A stretch of 64,000 nucleotides of DNA from an uncultured cyanobacterium (GTDB lineage Bacteria > Cyanobacteriota > Cyanobacteriia > Cyanobacteriales > CAWUOF01): positions 7,200,001-7,264,000 of the forward strand of contig CAVUSO010000001.1 in NCBI GenBank assembly GCA_963744145.1, read 5' to 3'. The notes under the pieces are model-generated. The model was not told where the DNA came from. It made no database searches and saw only the letters and a program-made list of their open reading frames with translations. Both the position numbers and the translations under genes were made by a program. Shown here one piece after another: positions 11,623-22,325 of the stretch. Numbering within the stretch: the stretch's first letter is position 1; each line of letters opens with the position of its first letter.

Positions 11623-13419
11623 ATGGTTTTGCGACGTTATACTCCTCCTACTTGCACACTAGAAATCAATGCGAATAACTCACCGCTTTCCCACTGGACG
11701 GGGAAACCTGTACTGAAAAATCTGCGCTTTCAGTTAAGTTTTGACGATCCCAAATTACCAGAAGAAAAACAGGTAACGATTAGTGGGAATCGGACTCAAC
11801 TAGAAACTCTTTGTCAAGTTGTGGAAACTTACGTTCAAAACTTTTTGGTGCAATCTCCAGAGCGATTAAATAGTGTCTTGTTACCAGAACAGACTAACAA
11901 AGCAGCAGCTTTTCGATCGGAATTGCCCGATCTAGAAGTAAAAGAAAGTCTTGATTCACCAGAATTAGCCCAGGTGAAAGAGCCAAGTTGGGAAGATTTA
12001 GGCAATATTAATGATCAATCTCTCACCAATAAATCTGAAATTTATCTCCAACCCAAAAGTTTATTATACCATACATTATTTTTAGGATCTCTGGCTAATC
12101 AAGAATCTGGAGCCATCCTGAATTTAAGCGTCCTGCAATTATTTGACCTCGCTAGTGCTTTAGATGGATACTCTACCGAAGTGGTAGCTATTCCTAACCT
12201 AAATCAGTCTAACTGGTTCAAAAAATTACCAGATTGGGCTCCAATGGCAGCGGTATTCTTATTAGGAGTAGGTTTAACATCTGTAATATTTGAATTTTCT
12301 CAATCTCCAGGTAAACAACAAGTTGCTACAACTACCAGTAATCAATCATCTAATCTTTTAGCTTCTCAACCAATCACTAATCCGATCGCACCAGTGGGAA
12401 CTCTCGCTCCAGTTCCCTTAGCAGGAGTACCTAAACCCCCAGGAAATTTAAACACAGCGATCGCTACACCACCACCGAATAATTTATCAGTATCTGCATC
12501 TAAAATACCACCTTTAGTTCAGCCACCACCTTTACCAGTCAATTCATCCTCAGTACCACCATCAACAGCTCAAAATCAACCAGCACCAGTTGCACCAGTT
12601 GCACCAGCACCACAGTCCTTATCGATCCCAGAATTATCAAACACACCAGTTGCACCACCAGCACCACCAGCACCACTAGCACCACAGTCCTTATCGATCC
12701 CAGAATTACCAGACACACCAGTCGCAGCACCAGCACCAAGGACTGTCAATCCAGCACCAGCACCAATCTTTTTTCCAGAAAAACCTAGATCATCTCCATC
12801 ATCAATAGGACAATCGTCACCAAGATTAGGGACAGATCCTAAACCTTTAAGACCAGCTCCTGTACCCAGCGATATAACTCTAGTTCCACCAGCGATTTTA
12901 CCTTTACCTAATTTAGAGCCTAATCTCACTCCAGACACCATCCAGGGGAAACCTAGCCAAACTATTGCTAGTAATCAGGGAGCTAATATCCAGCCCAATG
13001 GTAGTATAGTCCAAAAGAAATCCGTCGGAACAGTTGCTCAGGAACAAACACCAGAATCTGCTGCTCAGGAACAAACAACAGAATCTGCATCCAGTTCTAC
13101 AGGAGACAGGACATCTCAGGATAAATATAATGAAAGTATCGCTCAGGTAGTAGAAACGCAAGAATATTTTCAAAAACGTTGGCACCCACCTCAAGATTGG
13201 AGCCAAACTTTGGAATATAAGTTATTACTCAATGCGGATGGCTCAATTCAAGCTGTGAAACCCATGACCGAAGATTCGGCTAAACATATTGATTTAACTA
13301 ATATGCCTTTAGTTGGTAAACCTTTTGTGTCTAATCTAGAAAGTGGAAAAACTGCCACCATTCGGTTAGTATTACGTCCTGATGGCAAAGTGCAGACATT
13401 TTTAGAATCAAGAAACTGA
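11623..13419 (+). CDS. DUF4335-like membrane-anchored protein with Pro-rich linker
   Basis: RRYTPPTCTLEI N-terminus, QLFDLASALD, TM segment, C-terminal PDGKVQTFLE; usual neighbour of DUF3038. Confidence 0.75.
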   Translation: MVLRRYTPPTCTLEINANNSPLSHWTGKPVLKNLRFQLSFDDPKLPEEKQVTISGNRTQLETLCQVVETYVQNFLVQSPERLNSVLLPEQTNKAAAFRSELPDLEVKESLDSPELAQVKEPSWEDLGNINDQSLTNKSEIYLQPKSLLYHTLFLGSLANQESGAILNLSVLQLFDLASALDGYSTEVVAIPNLNQSNWFKKLPDWAPMAAVFLLGVGLTSVIFEFSQSPGKQQVATTTSNQSSNLLASQPITNPIAPVGTLAPVPLAGVPKPPGNLNTAIATPPPNNLSVSASKIPPLVQPPPLPVNSSSVPPSTAQNQPAPVAPVAPAPQSLSIPELSNTPVAPPAPPAPLAPQSLSIPELPDTPVAAPAPRTVNPAPAPIFFPEKPRSSPSSIGQSSPRLGTDPKPLRPAPVPSDITLVPPAILPLPNLEPNLTPDTIQGKPSQTIASNQGANIQPNGSIVQKKSVGTVAQEQTPESAAQEQTTESASSSTGDRTSQDKYNESIAQVVETQEYFQKRWHPPQDWSQTLEYKLLLNADGSIQAVKPMTEDSAKHIDLTNMPLVGKPFVSNLESGKTATIRLVLRPDGKVQTFLESRN

Positions 13420-13424
13420 TCTTT

Positions 13425-13919
13425 TTAGTGATGAATTTCTAAATTTAAGATATAGTGACCAAGCTGAACTTTTTCAGACCATAACTCGTATTCTAATTGC
13501 AGATGCCTAGGTAAAGGTTTACTATCGAGCTGAAGACTACGAGTGAAGTTACGTAACCGGATTTGTCCGCTGCTACGGAAACTTTGATTTTGCAACCAAT
13601 AACGGCTCAAACCATACATTCCTTTTTCCCACAAGTGTCGATAACTAAAGTTACCGTTTCCTTGCATGGTCATAATCACTCGCTCAGGAGAAATTTCTAA
13701 CCAGAGTAGTCGGGAAGTGCTTGCGGGTGGTAAAGTAGCTACTTCTTGATGGAGATCTGAATCAGCACTTTTTTCTTGGATCATCGGCTCGTTTAAAAGC
13801 AGATGAAAGCGATCGCGGTCTTTTTGATATAAAGTAGCGGCTGTTTCGACTACTGACCAAATCGGTAGATCGGTGGAAACTATGGATAGATATATGGGTT
13901 TACGTTTATGAGTCAACAT
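13425..13919 (-). CDS. Conserved hypothetical cyanobacterial protein
   Basis: 164-aa ORF filling the gap between genes; LWLEISP, RLRNFTRSL, LEYELW motifs. Confidence 0.7.
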   Translation of the reverse strand: MLTHKRKPIYLSIVSTDLPIWSVVETAATLYQKDRDRFHLLLNEPMIQEKSADSDLHQEVATLPPASTSRLLWLEISPERVIMTMQGNGNFSYRHLWEKGMYGLSRYWLQNQSFRSSGQIRLRNFTRSLQLDSKPLPRHLQLEYELWSEKVQLGHYILNLEIHH

Positions 13920-14066
13920 AAGACAACAGATCAGAGGGGTAAGGGTGGAATGACATTTGGCGATTAACTAAAGACTAAAAACTAAAAAGAGAGTTTAGTG
14001 TCCGGAAAAAAGATAGGATTTAATTTGATCGCCCCATCCTAGTTTATCCGAATCTTTGCTATCACA

Positions 14067-15395
14067 ATGACCAAAATCACCGTAAATCAGCAAAACTTGA
14101 TAATTGAAACCTCTCCTTCTGGTGGATCTCTTTCTGGTCGGATTAGAGTCCCTGGAGATAAGTCCATCTCTCATCGCGCTTTGATGTTGGGGAGTTTAGC
14201 AACTGGGGAAACTACTATTTCTGGGTTGCTTTTAGGTGAAGATCCAAGGAGCACAGCTAGTTGTTTTCAAGCATTAGGAGCAGAAATTTCTCCTCTGAAT
14301 TCAGACTTAGTGAAAGTAAAAGGGATTGGACTGGGAAACTTACAGGAACCTAATGGAATTTTGGATGCTGGTAACTCCGGTACTACTTTGCGATTAATGT
14401 TGGGGATTTTAGCTGCTCAACCAGACCGATTTTTTACGGTGACGGGAGATGATTCTCTCCGATCGCGTCCTATGTCTCGGGTGGTAAAACCTCTAGCGGA
14501 AATGGGGGCGAAAATTTGGGGACGTCAACAAGCATCTTTAGCTCCTCTGGCCATTCAAGGACAAAGACTACACTCTATTCATTATCACTCTCCCATTGCT
14601 TCGGCTCAAGTTAAGTCTTGTATACTTCTGGCTGGTTTAATGGCAACGGGAAAAACTACTGTAACTGAACCGATTTTATCACGGGATCATAGTGAAAGAA
14701 TGTTAAGTGCTTTTGGCGCAGAAGTGGCGATCGATCCCGATACTTCTAGTGTGACTATTACGGGACAGGCTCAATTAAAGGGACAATCCGTGATTGTGCC
14801 TGGAGATATTAGTTCTGCTGCTTTTTGGTTAGTTGCTGGTGCTATTATACCAGGATCGGAGTTATGGATTGAGAATGTGGGTGTGAATCCTACCCGGACT
14901 GGAATTTTAGAAGTTTTAGGGATGATGGGGGCTGAGATTGAATTGGTTAATCAGCGGATCGTGACTGGAGAACCTGTAGCTGATCTCCGAGTCCGTTATA
15001 GTGCTTTAAAAGCTTGTGAGATTGCCGGAGCGGTAATCCCCAGGTTAATTGATGAGATTCCCATTTTAGCAGTTGCAGCGATTTTTGCTCAAGGTACAAC
15101 AGTGATTCGTGATGCGGCTGAATTACGGGTGAAAGAAAGCGATCGCTTGGCTGTCATCGCTAGTGAATTAAATCGTTTAGGTGCGAAAATTACCGAATTG
15201 CCGGATGGATTGGAAATTACTGGTGGGACAACTTTAACTGGTACAGATGTAGATAGTCATACGGATCATCGAGTAGCGATGAGTTTAGCGATCGCGGCTC
15301 TGGCTAGTCAAGGTCAGACTACCATTCATCGGGCTGAAGCTGCCGCTATTTCTTATCCTGATTTTCTTACAACGCTGCCACAAATTTGTCATTAA
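14067..15395 (+). CDS. aroA: 3-phosphoshikimate 1-carboxyvinyltransferase (EPSP synthase)
   Basis: [35 protein letters not shown] motifs. Confidence 0.97.
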   Translation: MTKITVNQQNLIIETSPSGGSLSGRIRVPGDKSISHRALMLGSLATGETTISGLLLGEDPRSTASCFQALGAEISPLNSDLVKVKGIGLGNLQEPNGILDAGNSGTTLRLMLGILAAQPDRFFTVTGDDSLRSRPMSRVVKPLAEMGAKIWGRQQASLAPLAIQGQRLHSIHYHSPIASAQVKSCILLAGLMATGKTTVTEPILSRDHSERMLSAFGAEVAIDPDTSSVTITGQAQLKGQSVIVPGDISSAAFWLVAGAIIPGSELWIENVGVNPTRTGILEVLGMMGAEIELVNQRIVTGEPVADLRVRYSALKACEIAGAVIPRLIDEIPILAVAAIFAQGTTVIRDAAELRVKESDRLAVIASELNRLGAKITELPDGLEITGGTTLTGTDVDSHTDHRVAMSLAIAALASQGQTTIHRAEAAAISYPDFLTTLPQICH

Positions 15396-15501
15396 CTGCT
15401 GATTGCCTGATTTTTTTGTCATCATCCCCAATTCATGAAACATTTGTTAATGCGTGGGAATACTAGGAAAAACACCCTCCGAATGGGATTTCCCCAGACA
15501 G

Positions 15502-15921
15502 ATGTGGCAAAGACTTCTAGACATGATGCACTATGTCGGCACCGCTGCTGACCTTGGCCCGGATTTCCAAGTTCGACAACAGATTAGTCAGCTACTTCGC
15601 GATCGTCGTTCTCTGTCTCTCGATGAATGGTTTGATTCTTTTTGGCATCACCGAGGTATTTCTAAACCCTTAGTCACTTTTATTTATATCCATCTCGAAA
15701 AATATTCGGGGTTAAAAGTGGCTAAATTCCGCCCAAATGATCACCTAGAACATGATTTGAAATTAACTATGGTCTGTTGGTTTGATTGGCACTTAACTTT
15801 TTGTGAAGATTTCTGTCAATGCTTTGGTGTGGATCTGAGCGATCGCTTAGATCCACGAGATTTTTGCACCTTGGAAGAATTGGTAATTTTTCTGAATTGC
15901 CAGCTCTTAACTACCGTTTAA
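15502..15921 (+). CDS. Hypothetical protein
   Basis: ORF 15454-15921; ATG at 15502 is the more plausible start; C-terminus loosely acyl-carrier-like (TLEELVIFL). Confidence 0.6.
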   Translation: MWQRLLDMMHYVGTAADLGPDFQVRQQISQLLRDRRSLSLDEWFDSFWHHRGISKPLVTFIYIHLEKYSGLKVAKFRPNDHLEHDLKLTMVCWFDWHLTFCEDFCQCFGVDLSDRLDPRDFCTLEELVIFLNCQLLTTV

Positions 15922-16029
15922 TGAGGATAAAAAGGGGACTGAGGAGCCCCCTCCAGGTATGGTCACAGTCAGAAGACCAATTAGCGGTGAACCATGATCT
16001 TAGGACTGATGACCTAATCCTAGAATTTG

Positions 16030-16464
16030 TTAGTTTTTCGAGGTAATATTCCCTAAAACTTGATTTTTTAGAGATTGGACTTCTTTAGACAGCTCTTGAC
16101 GACTGCTAGCACGGAGCAAATAACGGTAAACAAACCAAATGCTATAAACAATCCCAATTAATTCAAAGGTTGGGGTGAGGAGTGGGACATCATTGAGTGC
16201 GTCAATTACGGCTAAGGTAACTTTCACAGAAATCAACGCAGCTATAATTAAACCAATGGTTACTAAGGGTTTTTGGTTTTTGTCCAAAAAATTACCTATA
16301 TAATCAGGTAATTGGCCTAAGTAGCCACGAATTTGATCCCAAACTTGAGTCCACTGTTCTCCATAGGGGTTGGAGCTAGCTACTTTGGTGAGGGAGCCAG
16401 GGGGATCAGCTTTAACTTCATCAAAGCCAGTAGATGAGGTAGAATCTGTTTTTGTTTCAGTCAT
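16030..16464 (-). CDS. CAAD-domain / CurT-like thylakoid curvature protein
   Basis: AVIDALNDVPLLTPTFELIGIVYSIWFVYRYLL...RQEL CAAD signature. Confidence 0.88.
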   Translation of the reverse strand: MTETKTDSTSSTGFDEVKADPPGSLTKVASSNPYGEQWTQVWDQIRGYLGQLPDYIGNFLDKNQKPLVTIGLIIAALISVKVTLAVIDALNDVPLLTPTFELIGIVYSIWFVYRYLLRASSRQELSKEVQSLKNQVLGNITSKN

Positions 16465-16747
16465 ATAGGTTTCTAGAAAATAACTATCTTGGTCAATGTT
16501 GGGGGAAATACTCCCACAATCAAACATTAAACAGTGATGTCGAACATTTTTTTGCCAGGTAACAAACTAACTTTACAGTAGAGCTGTAAGTTTTGCCAAA
16601 CTAAGGGCCATTACTTGCCTAGAGAATTGGGGCAAATCTGTTTTTGGCAATGTAGTTTCATCAGCATTTAAAATCTTAATCGTTTCCAAGTAAAAGATCC
16701 GCAATCAGGAAACAGAATTTATCAAAATCAAAAACTATCAAAATGGT

Positions 16748-17755
16748 TTATTTTTTGAGAGGTTCGCTCTTAACTTCGTTGGGAGAAGACCGTCGGGATT
16801 CAAATTCAGAAATATTTGCTAAGGTAGTTTCGGCAATATTTTTTAAAGCGTTGTCCGTAAAAAATCCCTGGTGTCCAGTAATGATGACATTGGGAAAAGT
16901 AAGTAATCGTTGAAAAACGTCATCTTGAATGACAATATTAGATAAATCTTCAAAAAATAAATCTGTCTCTTGTTCGTAAACATCTAAACCTAAATAGCCA
17001 ACTTGACCTGATTTTAAAGCTTTAGTCACTGCTTTGGTATCAATGAGTGCCCCACGACTGGTGTTAATCAGCATTACCCCTTTTTTCATCTGTTGGATTG
17101 CTTCAGTATTGATTAAATGATAGCTGTCTGGGGTGAGGGGACAGTGTAAGCTAATAATATTTGAGTTGGCTAATAAATCGCTCAGGGAAACATATTGCAC
17201 TCCGATCGCTGCACATTCAGGATTTATTCTCACATCATAAGCTAAAATATGACAACCAAATCCGGTGAGAATTTGGGCAACGATCGCACCGATTTTCCCT
17301 GTACCAATAATCCCGACTGTTTGCTCATGTAGATCGAAACCTAAAAGTCCATCAAGGGAAAAATTACCTTCCCTGACCCGAGCATAAGCCCGATGAAATT
17401 TACGATTTAAAGTGAGAATCATCCCAATTGTATGTTCGGCTACTGCATAAGGTGAATAGGCTGGTACTCTAACTACTGTGATTCCATATTTTTTGGCTGT
17501 TTCTAGATCAACCTGATTAAATCCAGCGCAGCGTAAAGCAATTAAACCTAATCCTTGACGCGCTAATTGAGTGATGGTAGGTTGATCTAAGATATCATTC
17601 ACAAAAGTACAAACTGCGGGACATTCAGCCGCGAGAATGCTAGTAGATAAATCTAAACGGGGTTGAAAAAAGATTAGTTCATGTCCATAGTTGAGATTAG
17701 CAGTTTCTAGAGATGAGCGATCGTAAGGTTTGGTACTGAAAACCGCAACTTTCAT
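16748..17755 (-). CDS. ldhA: D-lactate dehydrogenase (2-hydroxyacid dehydrogenase)
   Basis: MKVAVFS start, LRCAGFNQVD, VPAYSPYAVAEH, GTGKIG, NTSRG, TGHQGF. Confidence 0.92.
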   Translation of the reverse strand: MKVAVFSTKPYDRSSLETANLNYGHELIFFQPRLDLSTSILAAECPAVCTFVNDILDQPTITQLARQGLGLIALRCAGFNQVDLETAKKYGITVVRVPAYSPYAVAEHTIGMILTLNRKFHRAYARVREGNFSLDGLLGFDLHEQTVGIIGTGKIGAIVAQILTGFGCHILAYDVRINPECAAIGVQYVSLSDLLANSNIISLHCPLTPDSYHLINTEAIQQMKKGVMLINTSRGALIDTKAVTKALKSGQVGYLGLDVYEQETDLFFEDLSNIVIQDDVFQRLLTFPNVIITGHQGFFTDNALKNIAETTLANISEFESRRSSPNEVKSEPLKK

Positions 17756-17867
17756 CGTTCTGTTCCTGGGCTGAAAAATACTGTGATTATACCAATTAGG
17801 GATGATTGTTATTCCTAATAATTGGTGGCAATCATTAATAATTGCCACCAATCGCTAAAAGCTTTAC

Positions 17868-18521
17868 TTAAACTTTCAGAATCCAATCCTTACGAGTGTC
17901 CTTACTAACAAATGAGGCAGGAACAATTTCGATATTAACACCTAAAGATTTGAAAGTGGCACGAATCGCCGCAGCGTGAGCAGATTCAGTAGAACCAATA
18001 CTGGCACCTGCGGTAATGAATGCGGGATTTTTTAACTTAGCAATTTCAGTAGTGTAGGCGATCGCCGCATCAACTTCTAAAGCTAGTGCTAGTTTAGCAA
18101 TATTGACATCCGAATCTAAACCACCTTCACCGTTGTCTAAGTAAGTTTTAACCGTATACTCAGATTGAGAAGTAACAGGAGTTGCACCTAATTGTTGCAC
18201 TGCTGCGATTAAAGTATCCCGATGTTGCTTATGATCAGCTTGGTTGCGAAGTGCCAAGGCTAAAATAGCTGGACCAGGATCACTATTACTCAGCTTACTT
18301 GCGGCAACGCTATATGCCCAAATAGCTTGATGTTCATAAAATAGAGCATGATTAAGGATCTTCGCATCACTAGCTTTAGAATCATGAGAATCTGCTTCGT
18401 GAGCATCTGCTTTTAGTGTAGCAAGTCCCAATGCACCAGATACTCCGACCACAGCACTTGTGACAATAATTCCACGGCGGGAAAATTTTTTGCTAGTAAG
18501 CTGAAGATTAGCAAAATCCAT
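17868..18521 (-). CDS. Ferritin-like domain protein with possible Tat signal
   Basis: SRRGII + hydrophobic stretch; EHQAIWAY, HKQH, LEVDAAIAY, ESAHAA di-iron-type helices. Confidence 0.75.
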   Translation of the reverse strand: MDFANLQLTSKKFSRRGIIVTSAVVGVSGALGLATLKADAHEADSHDSKASDAKILNHALFYEHQAIWAYSVAASKLSNSDPGPAILALALRNQADHKQHRDTLIAAVQQLGATPVTSQSEYTVKTYLDNGEGGLDSDVNIAKLALALEVDAAIAYTTEIAKLKNPAFITAGASIGSTESAHAAAIRATFKSLGVNIEIVPASFVSKDTRKDWILKV

Positions 18522-18563
18522 TTTTATTCTCCATCTAGGTGTCTCGTAATATCATACCTTCAT

Positions 18564-20144
18564 TTAAGATAAAAAGGTTACTTCAACCATGCTATTTAAT
18601 AACCCAGGTAAATATAAATAATAGGTGATGGGCAAAATTAATAACCACCATCTAAATAGTTGTTTAATTATCGGGGTTAATCTAGTCCGATTATATTGTT
18701 CAGCTACTTTTTTAATTGCTTCAGTTTGGGTGGGATAAGGATGAATTACCGTAGCTAAGGTTTTTAATCCAATCTGACTAGCGATCGCGAGGGTAATTTC
18801 ACTAATCATTTCTCCCGCATGAGGTGCTACAATGGTGGCTCCTAATATTTTATCAGTATTTTTTTGAACGTGAATTTTGACAAATCCTTCTGTTTCTCCA
18901 TCGGCGATCGCTCGATCTACTTGGGTGAAAGGAATGACAAATGTATCTAACTCTATTCCTTGTTTATTTGCATCACTTTCGTTAATTCCCACATGAGCAA
19001 TTTCGGGAGTGGTATAAGTACACCATGACATTTTTAAAGCACTAAGTCGTTGTTTACCAAATCCCCCGATGCTAAAGAGAGAATTTTTAATGACAATGCG
19101 AGCAGCAGCATCAGCAGCATGGGTAAATTTCCAATCCATACAGATATCTCCAGCAGCATAAATCCGGGGATTATCTGTTTGCAAATAATCATTAACAATA
19201 ATTCCTTTCTTTTGATCAGATCGGACTCCGACTGCATCTAAATTTAGATTTTCTACATTCGGTGTTCTTCCGACACTAATTAAAATTTCATCGACGGTAA
19301 CAGTTTCTGCTTTACCATTAGCTTGATAATAAATAATCTTTTCTTGTTGATTATTTTCGACCAGAGTAATTTGAGATTGCAGAATTAATTGGATTCCTTC
19401 CCGGATAAAAACTTGCTGTAAAACTTCCACAGCATCAGGATCTTCGCGATCGAGAAGATGGGAATTTTTATGGAAGAGGATAACTTGGGAACCGAAACGA
19501 CGAAAAACTTGAGCTAATTCACATCCGATCGGACCACCACCAATCACTGCTAAACGTTGTGGTTGTTTAGTTAAAGAAAAGATAGTTTCATTAGTAAGAT
19601 AACCTGCTGTTTCTAAACCAGGGATATCTAACTGAGTTGGACGAGTTCCTGTCGCGATCGCTGCTTTTTTAAAGTGGAGTTTTTGATCACCAACTCCGAT
19701 GGTCTGATGATCAATAAATCTTCCTGAACCTAAAAAAACATCCACACCTAACTGTTGAAAACGTTGGGCTGAATCGTGAGAACTAATTTCGGCTCTAATG
19801 CGTCGCATTCTTGCCATTACTGCGGTAAAATCAACTGTAGGAGGATTGATTAACTGTACTCCCAGATTCTGACTAGCACAAATATCTGCAATCATCCGAG
19901 CGGACTTAATTAGAGATTTTGAAGGTACACAGCCAAAATTTAAACAATCTCCACCCATGAGATGTTTTTCGATTAAAGCTACTTTAGCACCCAATCCAGC
20001 AGCACCAGCAGCAATTACTAATCCAGCAGTTCCAGCACCAATCACAACCAGATGATAAATTGGTGCTGGTTCAGGATTAACCCAATCATTAGGGTGAACA
20101 TTAGCAACTAAAGTTTCATTAAATATATCTTTTGGTTCTAACAT
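18564..20144 (-). CDS. Pyridine nucleotide-disulfide oxidoreductase (mercuric-reductase/LpdA-like family)
   Basis: GAGTAG, GGDCLNFGCVPSK, GGGPIG, HPYPT; no C-terminal Cys pair. Confidence 0.88.
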   Translation of the reverse strand: MLEPKDIFNETLVANVHPNDWVNPEPAPIYHLVVIGAGTAGLVIAAGAAGLGAKVALIEKHLMGGDCLNFGCVPSKSLIKSARMIADICASQNLGVQLINPPTVDFTAVMARMRRIRAEISSHDSAQRFQQLGVDVFLGSGRFIDHQTIGVGDQKLHFKKAAIATGTRPTQLDIPGLETAGYLTNETIFSLTKQPQRLAVIGGGPIGCELAQVFRRFGSQVILFHKNSHLLDREDPDAVEVLQQVFIREGIQLILQSQITLVENNQQEKIIYYQANGKAETVTVDEILISVGRTPNVENLNLDAVGVRSDQKKGIIVNDYLQTDNPRIYAAGDICMDWKFTHAADAAARIVIKNSLFSIGGFGKQRLSALKMSWCTYTTPEIAHVGINESDANKQGIELDTFVIPFTQVDRAIADGETEGFVKIHVQKNTDKILGATIVAPHAGEMISEITLAIASQIGLKTLATVIHPYPTQTEAIKKVAEQYNRTRLTPIIKQLFRWWLLILPITYYLYLPGLLNSMVEVTFLS

Positions 20145-20180
20145 GAAAATCTACTCATTTTATGAAGCAAACAGATCAAC

Positions 20181-20598
20181 TATACAGCCTATTCCAGGTT
20201 TATGAAGTTCATCAAGGTGATCTGTGGGGCAGGGCGGGTTCATCAATACCTCGACTACCCTTCGACTACGCTCAGGGCAAGCGCTCGGCACAAGAGTTAT
20301 TTGTGTGTGGCAAATTCATCGGTGAACCCGCCCCTACAGGGATTCACCAAAAAATCTGACATTCAAGATCAAATTAGACCATAAAAATGTTTGGTCGATG
20401 AATTTGTGATCACAATCAACCAGGATTTGTAGGGGCAGGTTCACCAATCAATTCTGCTCCAAACAGATCACGGACAGGCAAGATGCCTGTCCCACTCATA
20501 AACCTGCCCAACCAACACAGATCAATCACAAGCGACTTTAACCGATCGCTATTCATGCCAAATCTTACTGTACTTCATCAACCACCGAATCCGCTATA
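20181..20598 (+). mobile_element. ~420-bp MITE-like element containing REP-like palindromes and two extra micro-insertions
   Basis: Ends TATACAGC...GCTATA with ATGAAGT(T/A)CA sub-terminal IR; reverse-complement homologue at 21972-22280. Confidence 0.7.
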
Positions 20599-20810
20599 TA
20601 TGATTGCTAGCAGGATGATGCAGTTTTAAATTATTGCGATCGCACGGAAATAATTAAGCTTGATCAAGCTCTAGTACCCTAGATGATTAAGACGATCGCG
20701 ATCGCCAAATTCCAACTTGATTTGAAGAGGGAAATAAATTTGGGAAAAAAGGAGTAATAAATGGTAACATTGCCCAAAAAAATTATCACCGAGAAGCAGT
20801 AGCAGAAAAC

Positions 20811-20951
20811 TCGTTGCTCTCATTTTTTGCATCATTTGTGCTAGAACTACCAGTAATACAGGAAATCATGAGGTGGGATATGGCAGTCTTAATGGAGTCT
20901 CCTTGGTATCAGCAAATTTTGCAAGAAGGTGAGGGCAAAGCATTTCGGTAA
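20811..20951 (+). pseudogene. C-terminal remnant of an Rpn/DUF4351-like protein
   Basis: Translates SFFASFVLELPVIQEIMRWDMAVLMESPWYQQILQEG; no N-terminal part present. Confidence 0.65.
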
Positions 20952-20962
20952 TGTTATTCTTT

Positions 20963-21136
20963 CCTTCGACTACGCCCCCTTCGACTACGCTCAGGGCAAG
21001 CTTCGACTCCGCTCAGGGCAAGCTTCGACTACGCTCAGGGCAAGCTTCGACTCCGCCCTTCGACTCCGCCCTTCGACTCCGCTCAGGGTAAACTCAGGGT
21101 AAACTCAGGGTAAACTCAGGGAACACTCAGGGTAAA
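20963..21136 (+). repeat. Nested/tandem cluster of 22-nt micro-elements CTTCGACT(A/C)CGCTCAGGG(C/T)AA(G/A)
   Basis: Four full units, three left halves and four right halves, inside palindromic arms 20933-20948 / 21158-21173. Confidence 0.9.
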
Positions 21137-21150
21137 CGTTTACTCATTAT

Positions 21151-21930
21151 TTATTCGCCGAAATGCTTTGCCCCTACGGTTAATTCATTGGTTGCTAAAG
21201 CTTTTTTAGTTATGTGGGTAATATAAATAGTCCCAGCTATAGTAAGGGCAATTCCTAGGATTTGCCAAATTAATTCGCTCTGGTTTTTCGGGGAAAATTG
21301 CAAGTCTAAGTTAGCTAGTTCTCCAGCTAGTGAGCCAAAATAAACATAGATGATATTACTAGGAATTAATCCCAGTAATGAGGCGAAAAAATAGTCTTTT
21401 AAGGAGATCCGACTAATACTAAAGATGTAATTTGCAACACTAAATGGGAAAAAGGGTGAAATTCGAGCTAAAAAGACGATTTTCCATCCTTCCCTTGCCA
21501 CCGCATGATTGATCATGTTAAAATGAAGATTGTTTTCGATTTTCTGTTCTACCCAATCCAGTGCTAAATATCTACCAATTGTAAAAGCTATGATCGCCGC
21601 GATCGCAGTAGCAATACAGACATAAACTGAACCTAAAGTTAGTCCAAATATAATTCCAGCTCCTACTGTTAATAAGGAAATTGGCACAAAGCAGAGACTA
21701 CAAATAATATAAAGTAGAATAAACGTCAGTGCGGCCCAATATCCCATAGTGTCGATCGCAGCTAAGATGGATTTGAAGATTTCTGGGAAATCAATATATG
21801 GAACTGTCCTGATCAGAACTAAGGAGATGATCGCGATCGCGAGTATTCCCCAAAAAATTAAAATAATTTTGAGAGATAATCGTTCAAGTAATCGGAGCGG
21901 GAAGATCAAAAAATTTTTTTGATTGTTCAT
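21151..21930 (-). CDS. TVP38/TMEM64 (DedA/SNARE-associated) membrane protein
   Basis: LLTVGAGIIFG, FTIGRY, RISPFFPF, YVYFGS. Confidence 0.9.
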   Translation of the reverse strand: MNNQKNFLIFPLRLLERLSLKIILIFWGILAIAIISLVLIRTVPYIDFPEIFKSILAAIDTMGYWAALTFILLYIICSLCFVPISLLTVGAGIIFGLTLGSVYVCIATAIAAIIAFTIGRYLALDWVEQKIENNLHFNMINHAVAREGWKIVFLARISPFFPFSVANYIFSISRISLKDYFFASLLGLIPSNIIYVYFGSLAGELANLDLQFSPKNQSELIWQILGIALTIAGTIYITHITKKALATNELTVGAKHFGE

Positions 21931-21971
21931 GATAAATAATTAATCAATAATTTCTAGAAAATTTTAGCTGA

Positions 21972-22280
21972 TACAGCGGATGACCTATTGATGAAGTACA
22001 GTAAGATTTTAGGTAAAATCGCGATAAGTTAAAGTCAATTGTGAGTGATCTGTGTTGGTTGGGCGGGTTTATGATGGTGATCTGTTTGGAGCAGAATTGA
22101 TTGGTGAACCCGCCCCTACAAATCCTGGTTGATTGTAATCACAAATTCATCAATAGCAGAAAATATTTTTAAACATCTGAAATTAGATCACCTGTAGGGG
22201 CGGGTTCACCGATGAATTTGCCACACACAAATAACCTGAATGAACCCGCCCAACCCCACAGATCACCTAGATGAACATAC
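21972..22280 (-). mobile_element. Inverted, shorter copy of the 20181-20598 MITE-like element
   Basis: Shares blocks such as GGTGAACCCGCCCCTACA and AATTTGCCACACACAAATAAC in reverse orientation. Confidence 0.7.
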
Positions 22281-22325
22281 CCATCTCCCATCACAGACGA
22301 AAATGTCTCAACTACGCTAAATTGA

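Noticed and set aside
18564..20144. merA mercury resistance
   Set aside because: No C-terminal Cys pair, no NmerA domain, no mer operon genes
20162..20384. Short ORFs of 60-65 aa
   Set aside because: Lie within MITE/REP sequence; no coding signature
20963..21136. Possible CRISPR array for the orphan Cmr module
   Set aside because: Units abut or nest with no unique spacers
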